Shown: positions 1 to 10,850, numbered from the stretch's first letter. The stretch is 64,000 bases of DNA from Desulfocapsaceae bacterium (GCA_046705065.1 JBJKQT010000107.1:7836-71835), one strand, 5' to 3'. The notes: generated from the sequence alone by a model not told the origin. Program-made: numbers and translations.

Positions 1-303
1 AAAATATGCTAAGCCTTTAATTGGCAATTTTTCTAGAGCAACCAGCAAAATGGCCTTCTCGGAGTCTCGTCGGCTCGCTTACCGGCCCAAACTCTACTTG
101 TGGGCAATTTATATCTCCGGAATCGATTATACGCCTGAGGTAAAAATTTGCGCATGCTTTGATTTTGAACGAAAATTCGTGTTTTGCAGAATACTCTCTA
201 TTCACCCCATCTACTAGAAAATTTCTGCCGATTGTGCGACGGATTTGGTAGTGAGACCGGCCTGTAGGACAATTTGCATACTTCATTTTGCATAGGGCAA
301 ATT

Positions 304-627
304 ATGGAAAAAAGAAGATACCAGCGAATCTTCCCCCTGGGACTTTCTGCCGAAATATCGGACGGAATCGGTTTTTACAAGGGCTTCGTTTCCAATATCT
401 CGATGAACGGTATTAAAATTGAGGAGTTGCCGTCTCGGATCGACGGGAAATCCTCATGGTATATCGCAGTCATCAAAGATCACGACGCTTGTTTTCAGAT
501 TTATATAAAACCCAAGTGGTCGGTTTTGCAGGGGGCAAACAGCACCATAGGAGGGATGATCGTTGATCCTTCTTGGCATTGGGCATCGTATGTCCACACT
601 CTGGCCGAAAAACCTAAAACCATCTGA
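304..627 (+). CDS. small stand-alone PilZ-domain protein
   Basis: ORF 274..627; the ATG at 304 gives MEKRRYQRIF. It has the PilZ signatures RxxxR (RRYQR) and N-x-S-x-x-G (NISMNG) at the usual spacing. Confidence 0.7.
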   Translation: MEKRRYQRIFPLGLSAEISDGIGFYKGFVSNISMNGIKIEELPSRIDGKSSWYIAVIKDHDACFQIYIKPKWSVLQGANSTIGGMIVDPSWHWASYVHTLAEKPKTI

Positions 628-967
628 CCGAATCTTGAGCGAATACTAGCCACTCCGTTGAGAAATCTTTCCCCTACCCGCGCATTCCCATCCGACTGCA
701 GCAACGACTCCACCTCGTATTTGGGCGGTGGTATTTTTCATGTCGAGGTATTAAGGCATTCCTTAACTTTTTGAAAAAAATTGATATTCGCAATAAGATT
801 TAATAAAATCGAATATTCTTATTTCAATTGTGGCTCTGTATCTCAAACAGGCGCAGGATTTTTCATTTGGGGCAGGGCAATCGTAATTGATGGGAAGAAA
901 GAGAAACGTTATTACATTTTGGTTCAGCGTTCAATCGGTTTATGTGCCGATGCACAAGGAATTTTAA

Positions 968-1672
968 ATGATACCCAAGCTGCAAATATTCTGGGACTGG
1001 CTGTCGAGGCTTTCTGGTTTGGACCAGATTGCTCTTACCGTATTTTTAGTGGGGGCGACCCTTTATAAGCTTTTTCTAATGTGGCAGCTTCAAAATGAAA
1101 AGAAGCCGACGTATGTCCATCAGTTACAGCATATCCGCAATGCCTGGATTGAAAAATACGGAATGGGAACTGATCCCATACTGGTTGTGCAGACCATGCG
1201 AAACAAGATTATGATATCTTCTTTTATGGCCTCCACGGCGCTGATAATGATCATCGGCGGTTTCAATTTTGTTTTCGGTGTCGATTTTGAAAAGATCAAA
1301 ACGGGAAAGCTCTTCTTTTTCAGTCTGCAGGACCCTAACCTCGGTATCGTCAAGGTTCTGCTGATCATCATCGTTTTGCTCTATTCTTTTTTTCATTTTC
1401 TCTGGCATACAAGAGAGTTGCATAATATGACATTGATACTGAACGTTCCGAACGACCGGCTGGGAGGAATCGTTTCATCGCAGCCTTCGGATTTCCTAAC
1501 TAAAATGTATGTCAATTCGGGTATACATTTCACGCTTGGGATTCGCGGCTACTATTTTCTTATTCCTCTGCTTCTCTGGATGTTCCATCCGGCGATGATG
1601 CTCTTTTCCTTTTTCAGCATCGTACTTTTTTTGATCAGAAGAGATTTAGGTTTGGCACCGTACCAGAAATAA
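968..1672 (+). CDS. DUF599-family integral membrane protein
   Basis: 234-aa ORF with several hydrophobic helices and the conserved stretch ILVVQTMRNKIMISSFMASTALIM typical of DUF599 proteins. Confidence 0.55.
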   Translation: MIPKLQIFWDWLSRLSGLDQIALTVFLVGATLYKLFLMWQLQNEKKPTYVHQLQHIRNAWIEKYGMGTDPILVVQTMRNKIMISSFMASTALIMIIGGFNFVFGVDFEKIKTGKLFFFSLQDPNLGIVKVLLIIIVLLYSFFHFLWHTRELHNMTLILNVPNDRLGGIVSSQPSDFLTKMYVNSGIHFTLGIRGYYFLIPLLLWMFHPAMMLFSFFSIVLFLIRRDLGLAPYQK

Positions 1673-1809
1673 CCGGCTGCGGTCCCGATCGGCTTGTTTA
1701 CCACGGTAAGCAATTTTCTCCGCTTGAAAGCGACAGCGTCCGCCATTCCGCATCCATTCCTTGCGGCGTTCAACAGGCGGCAGGAAAAAGGCCGACCTTA
1801 CGGGCAGAG

Positions 1810-2241
1810 TCAGCCCGGTCCTGCCTGTTTCTTTTTTTCTGAATTGAGGGTGATCCGTTCCACGACCTTGCGATAGTAGTCGTCCTGCATGGCGATATTG
1901 GAGGGAGTTGAGCGTTTAGACTCCAGCTTTATCATCAACAGATTCAGTTTTTTCATCTGCTTGAGCCGGACGTGCTCGTCTTCCGTGCAGGCGATCAGGT
2001 CTTCTAATTTTTTGATCTCCTTTTTGGTTTCGATCTCCGGGGGGAGATAGCCGCTGTTTTTCAGGATCTTATAGGCCATCTTCAGATCTTCGGGGACAAA
2101 CCGGTCATCATCCAACGGCAGAGGTTTGTTTTTCCACTTCTCGGAGGCGGAGGTCAGTTCCCCTGATTCTATGGCTTCAAGGATTTTCTGTTCCGCTATT
2201 CTGGCAAGAGCATCCACTTGTTGGTCCTCCTTATATTTCAT
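1810..2241 (-). CDS. DnaJC28-like protein (DUF1992 domain)
   Basis: N-terminal IAEQKILEAIESGEL...NKPLPLDDD..VPEDLKMAYKILKNSGYLPPEI matches the DUF1992 / DnaJ subfamily C member 28 conserved domain. Confidence 0.65.
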   Translation of the reverse strand: MKYKEDQQVDALARIAEQKILEAIESGELTSASEKWKNKPLPLDDDRFVPEDLKMAYKILKNSGYLPPEIETKKEIKKLEDLIACTEDEHVRLKQMKKLNLLMIKLESKRSTPSNIAMQDDYYRKVVERITLNSEKKKQAGPG

Positions 2242-2304
2242 TTCCCTGGAGTGTAACGGTGTCCAGTAGGGAATATATATGAAATCAAAGGGGAACTCTA
2301 CCTT

Positions 2305-4233
2305 TCACCAGGGATGCACCCGATTCGACCGGAAAGGTTGAGTTTTGACCCTGTAGCTGATTTCCTGTTCCTGACCTGAGTCCATCTTGCGTTTTACTTT
2401 TACTGTCACGTTGTCGCCCGGTTCGACATCGATCATGGCTATTCGTACATCTTGCATATCATATACCGGATTTTTATCGATTGCGAGGACGATATCGTTC
2501 ACCTTCAATCCGGCTTCCGGTGCTTTGCTGTCTGGGCTGAATCCGTCAATTTTCAGCCGTGACGCCCCTTGGCCGCCTACCTCCTCCAAGAGAATGCCTA
2601 TTTGGGCAGGCGGCGGGAGAGGAGGGGCCTGCTCTGTAAAAAAATAATTTGCAATATCGGAGAGGTCTGAATACTCATCTTGAGACGTAATGTTGACAAC
2701 CGAAGACTGTTTGACATGGATGCGCCGTGCCAGCCGTGGAGGGATGCCCGAGTCGGCTCTGATGTGTTCAACTCCGGCCAAAACGACCAGATGTCCATGG
2801 GGATGTTGCCTGAGATATACAGCTGCGTTTTTGGCCATACTCTCGTCCCAAACTGCCTGTGCCTGAATGAAACCGCTCGCTGTACCGTGTGCCTTGATCT
2901 CACCTGTGTGGATGCCGAAAACATCTCTGAGCCGGTCTGCATATCCAGGCAGGGCGAGATTTCGGTCTACGGGGAGTTCGTGTTTTTCTTCCGAGGTGAG
3001 CGTATCGGTGGAGCCGGTTTTAAAGATTTGGCCCACTATTTTGGCGTCGATATTCAATGCGACAACAGGAATTTTATAGGTGCGGGCAAAGTTGAATATT
3101 GGCCGAAAGAGGCGAAAGTCATATTTCCATGTTTCAAAATACCTTGATTTTTTAAGAAACTCGCTCTCTTTCATCCTTCCGTCTCCCAGGATATACTCAT
3201 CGAGTGCCTTCTGGCTCGATGTGGGAAACATTTCCATGCCGATGGCTAAATCGGGATTTTTTTTGTAAAGAGCCTGAATAATACGGAATTCGAGAAAATG
3301 ATCGGCTACGGAATTATGGATCTCTCCAACATAAACGACGCTGGAGGTTGCCAGATCGTCGATAATCCGGGGAAAAATTTTAATTGCCGCTGTCGGTGCT
3401 CCCTTCGGGAGTTGTTCCAGAGTATAAATCTGGCCGGATTCTGCGTGTTGTGTGGTTTTTTTTATGAGGTTCCCGTTTTCGAATTGGATAGAAGAGAAAT
3501 TGCCGGATTTAAGGAGAGGGTTGAGGGCGGATTTTGTTTGCTCCTCACTATTGCTTATACAACTTGCCGCCAAAAACTCGGGGGCAAGAGGGTTGCGATG
3601 CACTTGCAGGTTAAATCCGGCCTTGGGCCTTACAGATTGGCCAAAAAGACTTCGCTTCGCAGTGTTATCTGCTCCGAGAAACAAAAGGGTAGTTTTGGAG
3701 AGCATTTCATTTTTGATTTCGTCTGCCGCAACGATTTTCACCTTGCCGGCAAGCATATTGATCAGCGGAGCGTACTTTTTAACTTCCACCGGCGATTCCG
3801 GCACTACGGTTATTTCTTGCGCCTGAAGAAAATGCGACCAAAGCGGGGGGACTTCGGAAGGAGTCAGCATGCGGTCGAGTTTCCGGTCGGGGTCGATGAC
3901 AAGCCGGAGGGGCGGGTCGGGTAGGGCGAATGATAAATCGGTATGCAATGAAGAGATTGTCCGGGTGAAATGGAAAACTCCCACTCCCGATGTGATTTGG
4001 ATGGGCACTCTGAATGTTTGAGGTTTTGCGCCCTGTTGAGAGATGCGGAAGGAAAAAACGGTTTGTCCTTGCTCTGTTTTTGTTTGGATGTTGCTCACGA
4101 GAAGTCTTGGGGGGGCATGGTTGGTGGTTGAGTGCCGAGGGTTTTCCTCCGCTGCCCGGGCAGAACGGAGAAAAGGGAGGCACATCAGACAGAGAATGAA
4201 AAGCAGACAAGACTTTCGTTGAAGAGACGTCAT
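2305..4233 (-). CDS. secreted ChaN-like (haem-binding uptake/Tiki superfamily) protein with C-terminal PDZ domain
   Basis: Signal peptide MTSLQRKSCLLFILCLMCLPFLRSARA. The central VVYVGEIHNSVADHFLEFRIIQALYKKNPDLAIGMEMF is ChaN-like. The C-terminal GILLEEV..GLKVNDIVLAIDKNPV is PDZ-like. Confidence 0.6.
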   Translation of the reverse strand: MTSLQRKSCLLFILCLMCLPFLRSARAAEENPRHSTTNHAPPRLLVSNIQTKTEQGQTVFSFRISQQGAKPQTFRVPIQITSGVGVFHFTRTISSLHTDLSFALPDPPLRLVIDPDRKLDRMLTPSEVPPLWSHFLQAQEITVVPESPVEVKKYAPLINMLAGKVKIVAADEIKNEMLSKTTLLFLGADNTAKRSLFGQSVRPKAGFNLQVHRNPLAPEFLAASCISNSEEQTKSALNPLLKSGNFSSIQFENGNLIKKTTQHAESGQIYTLEQLPKGAPTAAIKIFPRIIDDLATSSVVYVGEIHNSVADHFLEFRIIQALYKKNPDLAIGMEMFPTSSQKALDEYILGDGRMKESEFLKKSRYFETWKYDFRLFRPIFNFARTYKIPVVALNIDAKIVGQIFKTGSTDTLTSEEKHELPVDRNLALPGYADRLRDVFGIHTGEIKAHGTASGFIQAQAVWDESMAKNAAVYLRQHPHGHLVVLAGVEHIRADSGIPPRLARRIHVKQSSVVNITSQDEYSDLSDIANYFFTEQAPPLPPPAQIGILLEEVGGQGASRLKIDGFSPDSKAPEAGLKVNDIVLAIDKNPVYDMQDVRIAMIDVEPGDNVTVKVKRKMDSGQEQEISYRVKTQPFRSNRVHPW

Positions 4234-4575
4234 AAAAAATCCCCATGTGGATGAATGAATTCTTAGAAAAAGATACTACAATAATAAGCAGTATCCCGGC
4301 AAATAATAAACAGTAACCCGGCAAAGGCGAAAAATGCCGACTTTTTTTCTTGTACGCCGCAGGCAATGGGGTGCATATTCAGGCAATGTTGCAAAATTTA
4401 CCTCTCGTCCAACCCTTGCGCAGCATGAGGACGTTTTATAATGTGGAAGAATAACTTTTAATCTCCAACAATCTTTTCTTGCGAAATTTGGATTCGGACG
4501 AAAAATCTAATTTTCCAAGGGATTCTGCCGCCTTTCAAATACCGGTGAAAGGTCAGTCTGAAAGGAGCAGTACTT

Positions 4576-6318
4576 TTGCCGGTGGATAAAAAATCGAGAA
4601 ATAAACAAACCATGCGTATTACACTCGTTGCTTTCAATGCCCGTTACACTCACTCCTGTCTGGGCCTTTTTCATGTCAGAAATGAGCTTGAAAATCATTT
4701 TCCCGACTTGAATCACGAGTTTTTGCAACTGACCATCAATGATTCCACTTATGAGGCGCTTTTGCGCATTACCGCGACCCGACCCGACTATGTTTTTTTC
4801 TCCGCTGCCATCTGGAACAGCAATGTGGTGGCGGATTTAATTCGCAGCCTCACAACCTGTCTGCCGGCTTGCAAATGTGTCGTGGGTGGTCCTCAGGCCG
4901 AGGTAATTGGGGCAACCCTGAAAGAGGGAACGTGTACGGTTGTGCTGGGGCCTGTTGAAGCAGTCAATTCCGATTTTTATAGGGATCTTGCGGCACGGAA
5001 TCTCAAGCTGGTGTATGGCTCATGTTCATCATCGTCTGCCAAGGGGTACTCCTTCGTCTCCCCATATCGGGACTCCGATTTTCGCTCGCACCTCGTCAAT
5101 AGACACGTCTATTATGAGACATCCCGCGGGTGTCCTTTTTCCTGTATCTACTGCCTGTCATCTGCACAGAAAGGTGTGCTTCACAAGGATCTGCCGCAAG
5201 TTGCGGCGGAACTTAGTCACATTCTCTCCCACCGTCCGAGGGTAGTCAGATTTATCGATCGGACTTTTAATGACAGACCTGAAAGGGCCTTGGCCATATG
5301 GCGGTTCTTGGTGGAGCAGCAAACACAGACGCTGTACCATTTTGAGATTTCCCCTGATCGTTTCACAGATGAGATGTTCGATTTCCTGCGTGGGGTTCCA
5401 CAGGGAATGTTTCAATTCGAGATAGGGATCCAGTCCACAAACCCCGATACTTTAAAGGCTGTCAGACGGCCAATGGATGTTGGCAAAGCTCATGAAATTG
5501 TGACCAAGCTGGCGTCTTTGAATACCATTTTTCTGCACGTCGATCTGATACTGGGCCTTCCGTATGAGACAGCGCAGAGTTTTTATCTGTCCTTTGCCGA
5601 TGTCTTTTCCATGTCCCCACACTATATCCAGATGGGTTTGTTGAAAATTCTTCCCGATACACCGATTTGTCATACTTCGGAGGAATATGGTTACCGATTT
5701 TGCAGCACTCCACCGTACAGCATTCTCGCAAATAAATGGATCGATCATGAAAAACTTCGTGATCTTTACTGGTTTTGTGAATGTGTGGAGCGATTTGTGA
5801 ATAATCGTTATTTCTTGAGCCTTTGGTCTTACTTGCGTCGGAAAGGTGAAGATATCACCGCGTTTTTTCTTCATCTGCTCTCCGTGTGTCTCTCACGCTC
5901 TTTTTTCAGTCTTTCTCCTACCCAGGAACTGCTTTGCTCCATGTTGCTTGCCGCAACCTCCAGCCGATCAGATGCTCCTGTGGTTTTTGAGTTGTTGCGT
6001 TTTGACTGGTTGCGCTGCGGACATCGCTTCTTACCAAAATGTCTGGCTACAGCGGAAGAGACATCTTCCGTTTTGAAAAAACGATTGTTTCATGTTCTTC
6101 CTGAAAGCATTGACGGTGTATATGACGTCGGTGAGAAAAACCAGTTCTGTAAAAAAGGGCTCTTTCTAATCTTCTCGGAGAACTCTCTGCTTGAGCTTGG
6201 GTATTCCGCTCAGAAAGGAAAGGGATGTCTTTGCTTTTTGCCGGAAAAAGTATCGGGACTCTACGGTTTCAGCCGGGTCGTTCACCTGCCGCTGGACGGC
6301 CGGTGTCTGCTCGCCTAA
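4576..6318 (+). CDS. B12-binding-domain radical SAM protein with DUF4080-like C-terminus
   Basis: N-terminal MRITLVAFNARYTHSCLGL is typical of this family, and the radical SAM cluster motif is YETSRGCPFSCIYC. TTG at 4576 has an AAAGGAG RBS. An alternative ATG lies at 4612. Confidence 0.75.
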   Translation: MPVDKKSRNKQTMRITLVAFNARYTHSCLGLFHVRNELENHFPDLNHEFLQLTINDSTYEALLRITATRPDYVFFSAAIWNSNVVADLIRSLTTCLPACKCVVGGPQAEVIGATLKEGTCTVVLGPVEAVNSDFYRDLAARNLKLVYGSCSSSSAKGYSFVSPYRDSDFRSHLVNRHVYYETSRGCPFSCIYCLSSAQKGVLHKDLPQVAAELSHILSHRPRVVRFIDRTFNDRPERALAIWRFLVEQQTQTLYHFEISPDRFTDEMFDFLRGVPQGMFQFEIGIQSTNPDTLKAVRRPMDVGKAHEIVTKLASLNTIFLHVDLILGLPYETAQSFYLSFADVFSMSPHYIQMGLLKILPDTPICHTSEEYGYRFCSTPPYSILANKWIDHEKLRDLYWFCECVERFVNNRYFLSLWSYLRRKGEDITAFFLHLLSVCLSRSFFSLSPTQELLCSMLLAATSSRSDAPVVFELLRFDWLRCGHRFLPKCLATAEETSSVLKKRLFHVLPESIDGVYDVGEKNQFCKKGLFLIFSENSLLELGYSAQKGKGCLCFLPEKVSGLYGFSRVVHLPLDGRCLLA

Positions 6319-6558
6319 CGGTGAAAATCGTCGTGGAAGAGAACGGTTTGAATCGGAAATCCGGTGGTGTATTGTATGACTTTGATATTAATTGTTAAAT
6401 TTCCTAAAAATCATATGTGAGAAATTTCATCCAACCTTTATAAAAGGATAGGCCTAAAGGCTGAAATTCCCGGAAAATGAATTGACGGCGGGAAAACATG
6501 TCGTATAGTTGCAGCTGTTACCGTTCTTATATCGACACGATAAAACCGAGGAGAGGAC

Positions 6559-7740
6559 ATGTCCGTATATCGAATCAAGACAATGAATTCCATTGCCGAG
6601 GAAGGCTTGAAACTTTTTCCGGAGAGTTTTCATGTTTCAGCGGATGAATCATCGCCCCACGGGATTGTTGTGCGAAGTGCCAAGGTAGATGTCGCCGATT
6701 ATCCCTCTCTTTTAGCGGTATCAAGGGCCGGATCGGGTGTCAATAACATCACCGTGGAAAAGGCAACGGAAAGGGGTGTCTGTGTTTTCAATACCCCGGG
6801 AGCAAATGCCAATGCCGTCGTTGATCTGGTGTTTCCGATGATTGGCGTCTGGATGCGTAACATCTATCAGGGCATTGAGTTCTGCCGTTCGCTTGCCGGA
6901 CTTGATCCCGAGAAAGTATCCGGCGAGGTCGAGCGGAGAAAGTCGGCTTATAAAGGAGTCGAGATCTCCGGAAAAAGCCTGGCCGTCGTAGGACTCGGAC
7001 AGATCGGTGTCAAGCTGGCTAACGGCGGAATTCACAGACATATGAAAGTAAAAGGATTCGATCCGACTCCGGGATTGGAGAACATTCATCAACTGTTGCC
7101 GGAGGTCGCTATTACAAGGACATTAAAAGCTGCCATTGGTGATGCCGATATCGTCAGCCTTCACCTGCCTTTGACCTCGGGAACCAGGCACCTCGTCAAC
7201 TCGGAGTTCATCGGGAAAATGAAACAGGGGGCAATACTTGTGAATTACGCACGTGGGCCGATTGTTGATGAACCGGCAGTACTTGAGGCTTTGAACAATG
7301 GTTTCCTCGCCGGATATATTACCGATTTTCCGACGAGGGCCAATATAAAACATCCCAAGGTATTGACTACACCGCATCTGGGGGCTTCTACCTCGGAATC
7401 CGAGGAGAACTGCGCCAGCATGGCGGTGAATGAACTTTGTGCATATCTTGAATACGGCAATGTCGCCAACAGCGTCAACTTCCCGAATATCGAGTCGACC
7501 CCTTCCGCAAAGGTCTGCAGCCGCTTGATCATGATCAATCGCGACGTTCCGGGGATGATCGCCTTCGCTACGAAGGTCATCAGTGGATACGGGGTAAACA
7601 TCGCCAGTTATCTTAACGAATCCAACGGTAAAATCGGCTATAATATCATTGATGTCGAATCGAAAATCCCTGATGGTATCCTGGGTGATTTTGAGAAGAA
7701 CCGCGATGTGATTCGCACCAGGCTTATCAAAATGTTTTGA
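6559..7740 (+). CDS. serA: D-3-phosphoglycerate dehydrogenase (2-hydroxyacid dehydrogenase with C-terminal ACT-like domain)
   Basis: NAD-binding motif VVGLGQIGVKLA, catalytic-domain stretch NYARGPIVDE...TPHLGAST, and a regulatory tail of about 80 aa. Confidence 0.8.
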   Translation: MSVYRIKTMNSIAEEGLKLFPESFHVSADESSPHGIVVRSAKVDVADYPSLLAVSRAGSGVNNITVEKATERGVCVFNTPGANANAVVDLVFPMIGVWMRNIYQGIEFCRSLAGLDPEKVSGEVERRKSAYKGVEISGKSLAVVGLGQIGVKLANGGIHRHMKVKGFDPTPGLENIHQLLPEVAITRTLKAAIGDADIVSLHLPLTSGTRHLVNSEFIGKMKQGAILVNYARGPIVDEPAVLEALNNGFLAGYITDFPTRANIKHPKVLTTPHLGASTSESEENCASMAVNELCAYLEYGNVANSVNFPNIESTPSAKVCSRLIMINRDVPGMIAFATKVISGYGVNIASYLNESNGKIGYNIIDVESKIPDGILGDFEKNRDVIRTRLIKMF

Positions 7741-8207
7741 AGCCGACCTGCTCAGGTGAGGCCTGCGAAAATCGAAAAATTATGACAGCAGGGTGATCGC
7801 CTCAGTAAGGAGCGGTTTTGTTTTTTTACTAATTATAGGCAGTTGTGCTTTTTTTTAAGGGGGAAAGGTCAGGGCGTTTTGCAAAGTTAGAGGAGTTTAA
7901 AAATCTTCACTTTTAATTTCTTGAATTTGCGAAAGTAATTTTAGGAGGTGCGGGCGGTTAAAGAAAAGTGTATAAAAATTTGTATCAACGACCTATTTGA
8001 ACGACCTGGGTGGCTGGGTAGAGCGGTGTCTAATTTAATGAAAATACAGTACTTATATGTAATGCAAATTTTTGGCATGAATCGTGCAGCGTTAATTATG
8101 CTTTTTATCTCTTCTCTCCTTTCTCCAGGAGAAGCCGGTTCTGCGTATGCGGAACCGGCTTTCCTGTTTCTGGGGCCTGCCGATTTCCTTCAATCATCAG
8201 TTGTCAT

Positions 8208-9137
8208 ATGAAGAGGCCCGTAAGCGTCATACTCCAAAGGTGCGATTATACCGCACAGTCTCTTGATGCTCTCATGGAAAGTGTTGCCCCTTCACTCGGG
8301 ATAGCCGGCAATTTAAAAGGCAAACGGATATTGATAAAACCTAACCTGATAAGCAGCCGGGGCCCGTTGCTCGCCTGCACCGATCCACGATTTATTATTG
8401 CAGTCTCCAGGTGGTTTGTAGACAGGGAGGCATCAGTCACAGTCGGGGATTCTCCCGCTTTCGGCAGCGCATCAGGGGTGCTCCGGCATATCGGCGCCTT
8501 AACCGAACTTATACGTTTGGGGGCGAAGGTGGTGGAGTTCGCTACCCCGAAAGCGTTTACCCTTTCCAATGACATCCGTGTAGGTGTAGCCGCAGAAGCC
8601 CTTGACTGTGATCTTATGGTGAATTTGCCGAAGGTCAAGGCCCACAATCAGATGCATACGACCATGGCAGTAAAGAACTTTTTCGGAATTGTCATAGGGA
8701 TGCGCAAATCTCTGCTGCACATGGTGCATGGTGGATCGCATGCACGGTTTGCAGGGGTTATTCTGGATCTTCAGGCGCTCTTACCAGAACACATCACCAT
8801 CGTTGACGGCATTTCGGCGATGCATGTGGCAGGCCCCTTGCATGGAAAGTCACTTGCTTTGCATTGTGTGGCTGCCTCGATGAATCCACTGGCAGTGGAT
8901 ACCGCACTGTATGCTGCGCTGGAGCTTGAACATGAAAAATGTCCGCTTTTGCGTGAGGCGAGAACACGAAGATATGAAGCTGTTTTTCCAAATGAAATTC
9001 GATATCTTTCCCTTAACCCCAGTGACTTTTACGGCTCCGGCTTTGTAGCGCCTACGGACTTGGCCCCCGTTCGATTCAATCCCTGTCGATTTCTTTATGG
9101 GCATCTCAAACGAATGGTTCTTGCCATACGGTCATAA
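8208..9137 (+). CDS. DUF362 domain protein
   Basis: ILIKPNLIS...CTDPRFIIAV...VGDSPAFGS...VNLPKVKAHNQMHTTMAVKNFFG matches the DUF362 pattern. Confidence 0.7.
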   Translation: MKRPVSVILQRCDYTAQSLDALMESVAPSLGIAGNLKGKRILIKPNLISSRGPLLACTDPRFIIAVSRWFVDREASVTVGDSPAFGSASGVLRHIGALTELIRLGAKVVEFATPKAFTLSNDIRVGVAAEALDCDLMVNLPKVKAHNQMHTTMAVKNFFGIVIGMRKSLLHMVHGGSHARFAGVILDLQALLPEHITIVDGISAMHVAGPLHGKSLALHCVAASMNPLAVDTALYAALELEHEKCPLLREARTRRYEAVFPNEIRYLSLNPSDFYGSGFVAPTDLAPVRFNPCRFLYGHLKRMVLAIRS

Positions 9138-9263
9138 GTGTGGTGAAGTAGAAAGAAAAGTGTCCGATGGCATGCTATCGCGATGTCGGGAGACACTCTC
9201 TGGAAGATTAGGCAGCATAAATGTTGATTTTTGAGATATACTCTCATTGTTTGAGGATTTTAA

Positions 9264-10016
9264 ATGTTTGAATTAAGAGATAAAATTGCATTGGTCACCG
9301 GTGGTTCCCGGGGTATCGGCAGAGCGGTTGCCGTCAGGCTTGCCGAGCATGGCGTCGATTTGATCGTCAACTATGTTCGGCATCGAAAAGATGCCGAAGA
9401 AACATCGGCTGCCGTTGAAAAACTCGGGCGGCGTTGCCTTCTGGTAAAAGCCAACGTTGCCAATGAGCGCGATGTCAAGAATATGTTCAATGTCATCGGT
9501 GAGGAGTACGGGCGTCTGGATATTTTGGTGAGCAATGCAGCATCAGGTGTTTTGAAGCCGTGTCTGGAGTTAACCGAACGGCATTGGAACTGGGCTATGG
9601 ATATCAATGCCCGGGCTTTTCTTTTTCTTGTTCAACAGGCTGTTCCGTTTATGGCTCCCGGAAGTCGGGTGCTCGCCGTGTCAAGTCTCGGCGCCATCCG
9701 AGCCATTGAAAATTACACCATTGTCGGAGCGTCAAAGGCCGCACTTGAATCCCTGGTTCGCCATCTTGCCGTCGAACTGGGAGAAAAAGGAATCAATGTG
9801 AATACCATCAGTGCCGGTGTGGTGGACACGGACGCGTTGAAAAAGTTCCCGAACAGGGAAGCAATACTGGCCACTTCCATGGCAAAGACTCCTTTGGGGC
9901 GATTGACCACTCCCGACGACGTCGCGGATGTCGCTCTTTTTCTCTGTAGTCCGTTTGCGGCGATGATTCAAGGTCAGGTCATTATCGTTGACGGAGGATA
10001 TGCAATCAAGGGATAA
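9264..10016 (+). CDS. fabL: enoyl-[acyl-carrier-protein] reductase, FabL type (SDR family)
   Basis: Colinear similarity to Bacillus FabL throughout: LVTGGSRGIGRA..., VKANV, GRLDILVSNAASGVLKP, ENYTIVGASKAALESL, DTDALKKFPNRE, GQVIIVDGG. Confidence 0.8.
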   Translation: MFELRDKIALVTGGSRGIGRAVAVRLAEHGVDLIVNYVRHRKDAEETSAAVEKLGRRCLLVKANVANERDVKNMFNVIGEEYGRLDILVSNAASGVLKPCLELTERHWNWAMDINARAFLFLVQQAVPFMAPGSRVLAVSSLGAIRAIENYTIVGASKAALESLVRHLAVELGEKGINVNTISAGVVDTDALKKFPNREAILATSMAKTPLGRLTTPDDVADVALFLCSPFAAMIQGQVIIVDGGYAIKG

Positions 10017-10028
10017 GGGGCAGAGAGA

Positions 10029-10637
10029 GTGGGCAAAATGGTTTTTAGGACTCGAAAACCGCTGATTCTAGCCTCCGGATCGCCGAGGCGGAAGCGCTAT
10101 TTCGAAGATCTTGGTCTGAACTTTACCGTCTGCACGGCGGATGTCGTCGAGGCGCAGCTGCCGGAAGAACGCCCCGATGCGTTTGTCAAACGGATGGCCG
10201 GGGAAAAAGCGAGGGTTGTAATGGGCGAAAATCCCCAGAGCTGGGTCGTTGCGGCAGATACCGTGGTTATCCATCGGGATGTGGTTCTCGGCAAGCCCAA
10301 AGATCGGGATGAGGCGGTGAAGATGTTGATGCGTCTCTCCGGGGAAGAGCATTGTGTTCAGACCGGTTTTTGCATCGGGTGCCTGAACGAGAACGAAAGG
10401 ATGCTCGATAGCGTTTCGACAAAAGTCGTTTTTGACGATTTCTCAGAAGAAGTCGCAAAAGCCTATGTTGCCACGGGAGAGCCGTTGGACAAGGCAGGGG
10501 CATACGGTATCCAGGGCAGAGGAGCATTTTTGGTGGCGACAATCACGGGCTCGTATTCCAATGTGGTTGGCCTTCCGCTTCGCGAAGTAATTGGCTGCCT
10601 CTGCCAATATGGCGTAATAACACCTGTTTTATGTTGA
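10029..10637 (+). CDS. maf: Maf-like nucleoside triphosphate pyrophosphatase
   Basis: LILASGSPRRKRYFEDLGL...AADTVV...GKP...DKAGAYGIQG...GSYSNVVGLP. GTG start at 10029; an alternative ATG lies at 10038. Confidence 0.85.
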   Translation: MGKMVFRTRKPLILASGSPRRKRYFEDLGLNFTVCTADVVEAQLPEERPDAFVKRMAGEKARVVMGENPQSWVVAADTVVIHRDVVLGKPKDRDEAVKMLMRLSGEEHCVQTGFCIGCLNENERMLDSVSTKVVFDDFSEEVAKAYVATGEPLDKAGAYGIQGRGAFLVATITGSYSNVVGLPLREVIGCLCQYGVITPVLC

Positions 10638-10850
10638 TTGATTGAGGAAGAACACATCCGGATATACGGTTTGTAAAATATCATTTTGTTATTATTTGAA
10701 TATTTAATAAAAAGAAAACGGATATTTTTTTGACCAAAGGGCATTTTTGTTGACTTTTACGAGGTTGCTGTGATAGTCATTTTTTTGAAAGAAGTGCTTG
10801 AATTACAAGAGATTCAATGAAAACTGCCGACGTGTCCATACAAAAGTCTT

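Noticed and set aside
17-1068. ORFs 17..286 (minus), 501..713 (minus) and 781..1068 (plus).
   Set aside because: They have no motifs or RBS, and they overlap or flank better-supported genes (PilZ, DUF599). They are likely non-coding.
4234-4575. A cobalamin riboswitch upstream of the B12-binding radical SAM gene.
   Set aside because: No B12-box (GCCACTG-like) or other conserved cobalamin riboswitch core is visible.
7948-8211. An 87-aa ORF ending in an ATGA overlap with the DUF362 gene. A possible 44-aa signal-peptide-like product would start at 8077.
   Set aside because: There is no RBS before any candidate start and no recognisable family. The overlap alone is not enough support.
10740-10775. 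GGGCATTTTTGTTGAC upstream of the sugar transferase as a sigma-54 promoter.
   Set aside because: The -12 element reads TTGA rather than TTGC. The string is explained equally well as a sigma-70 -35 box (TTGACT).
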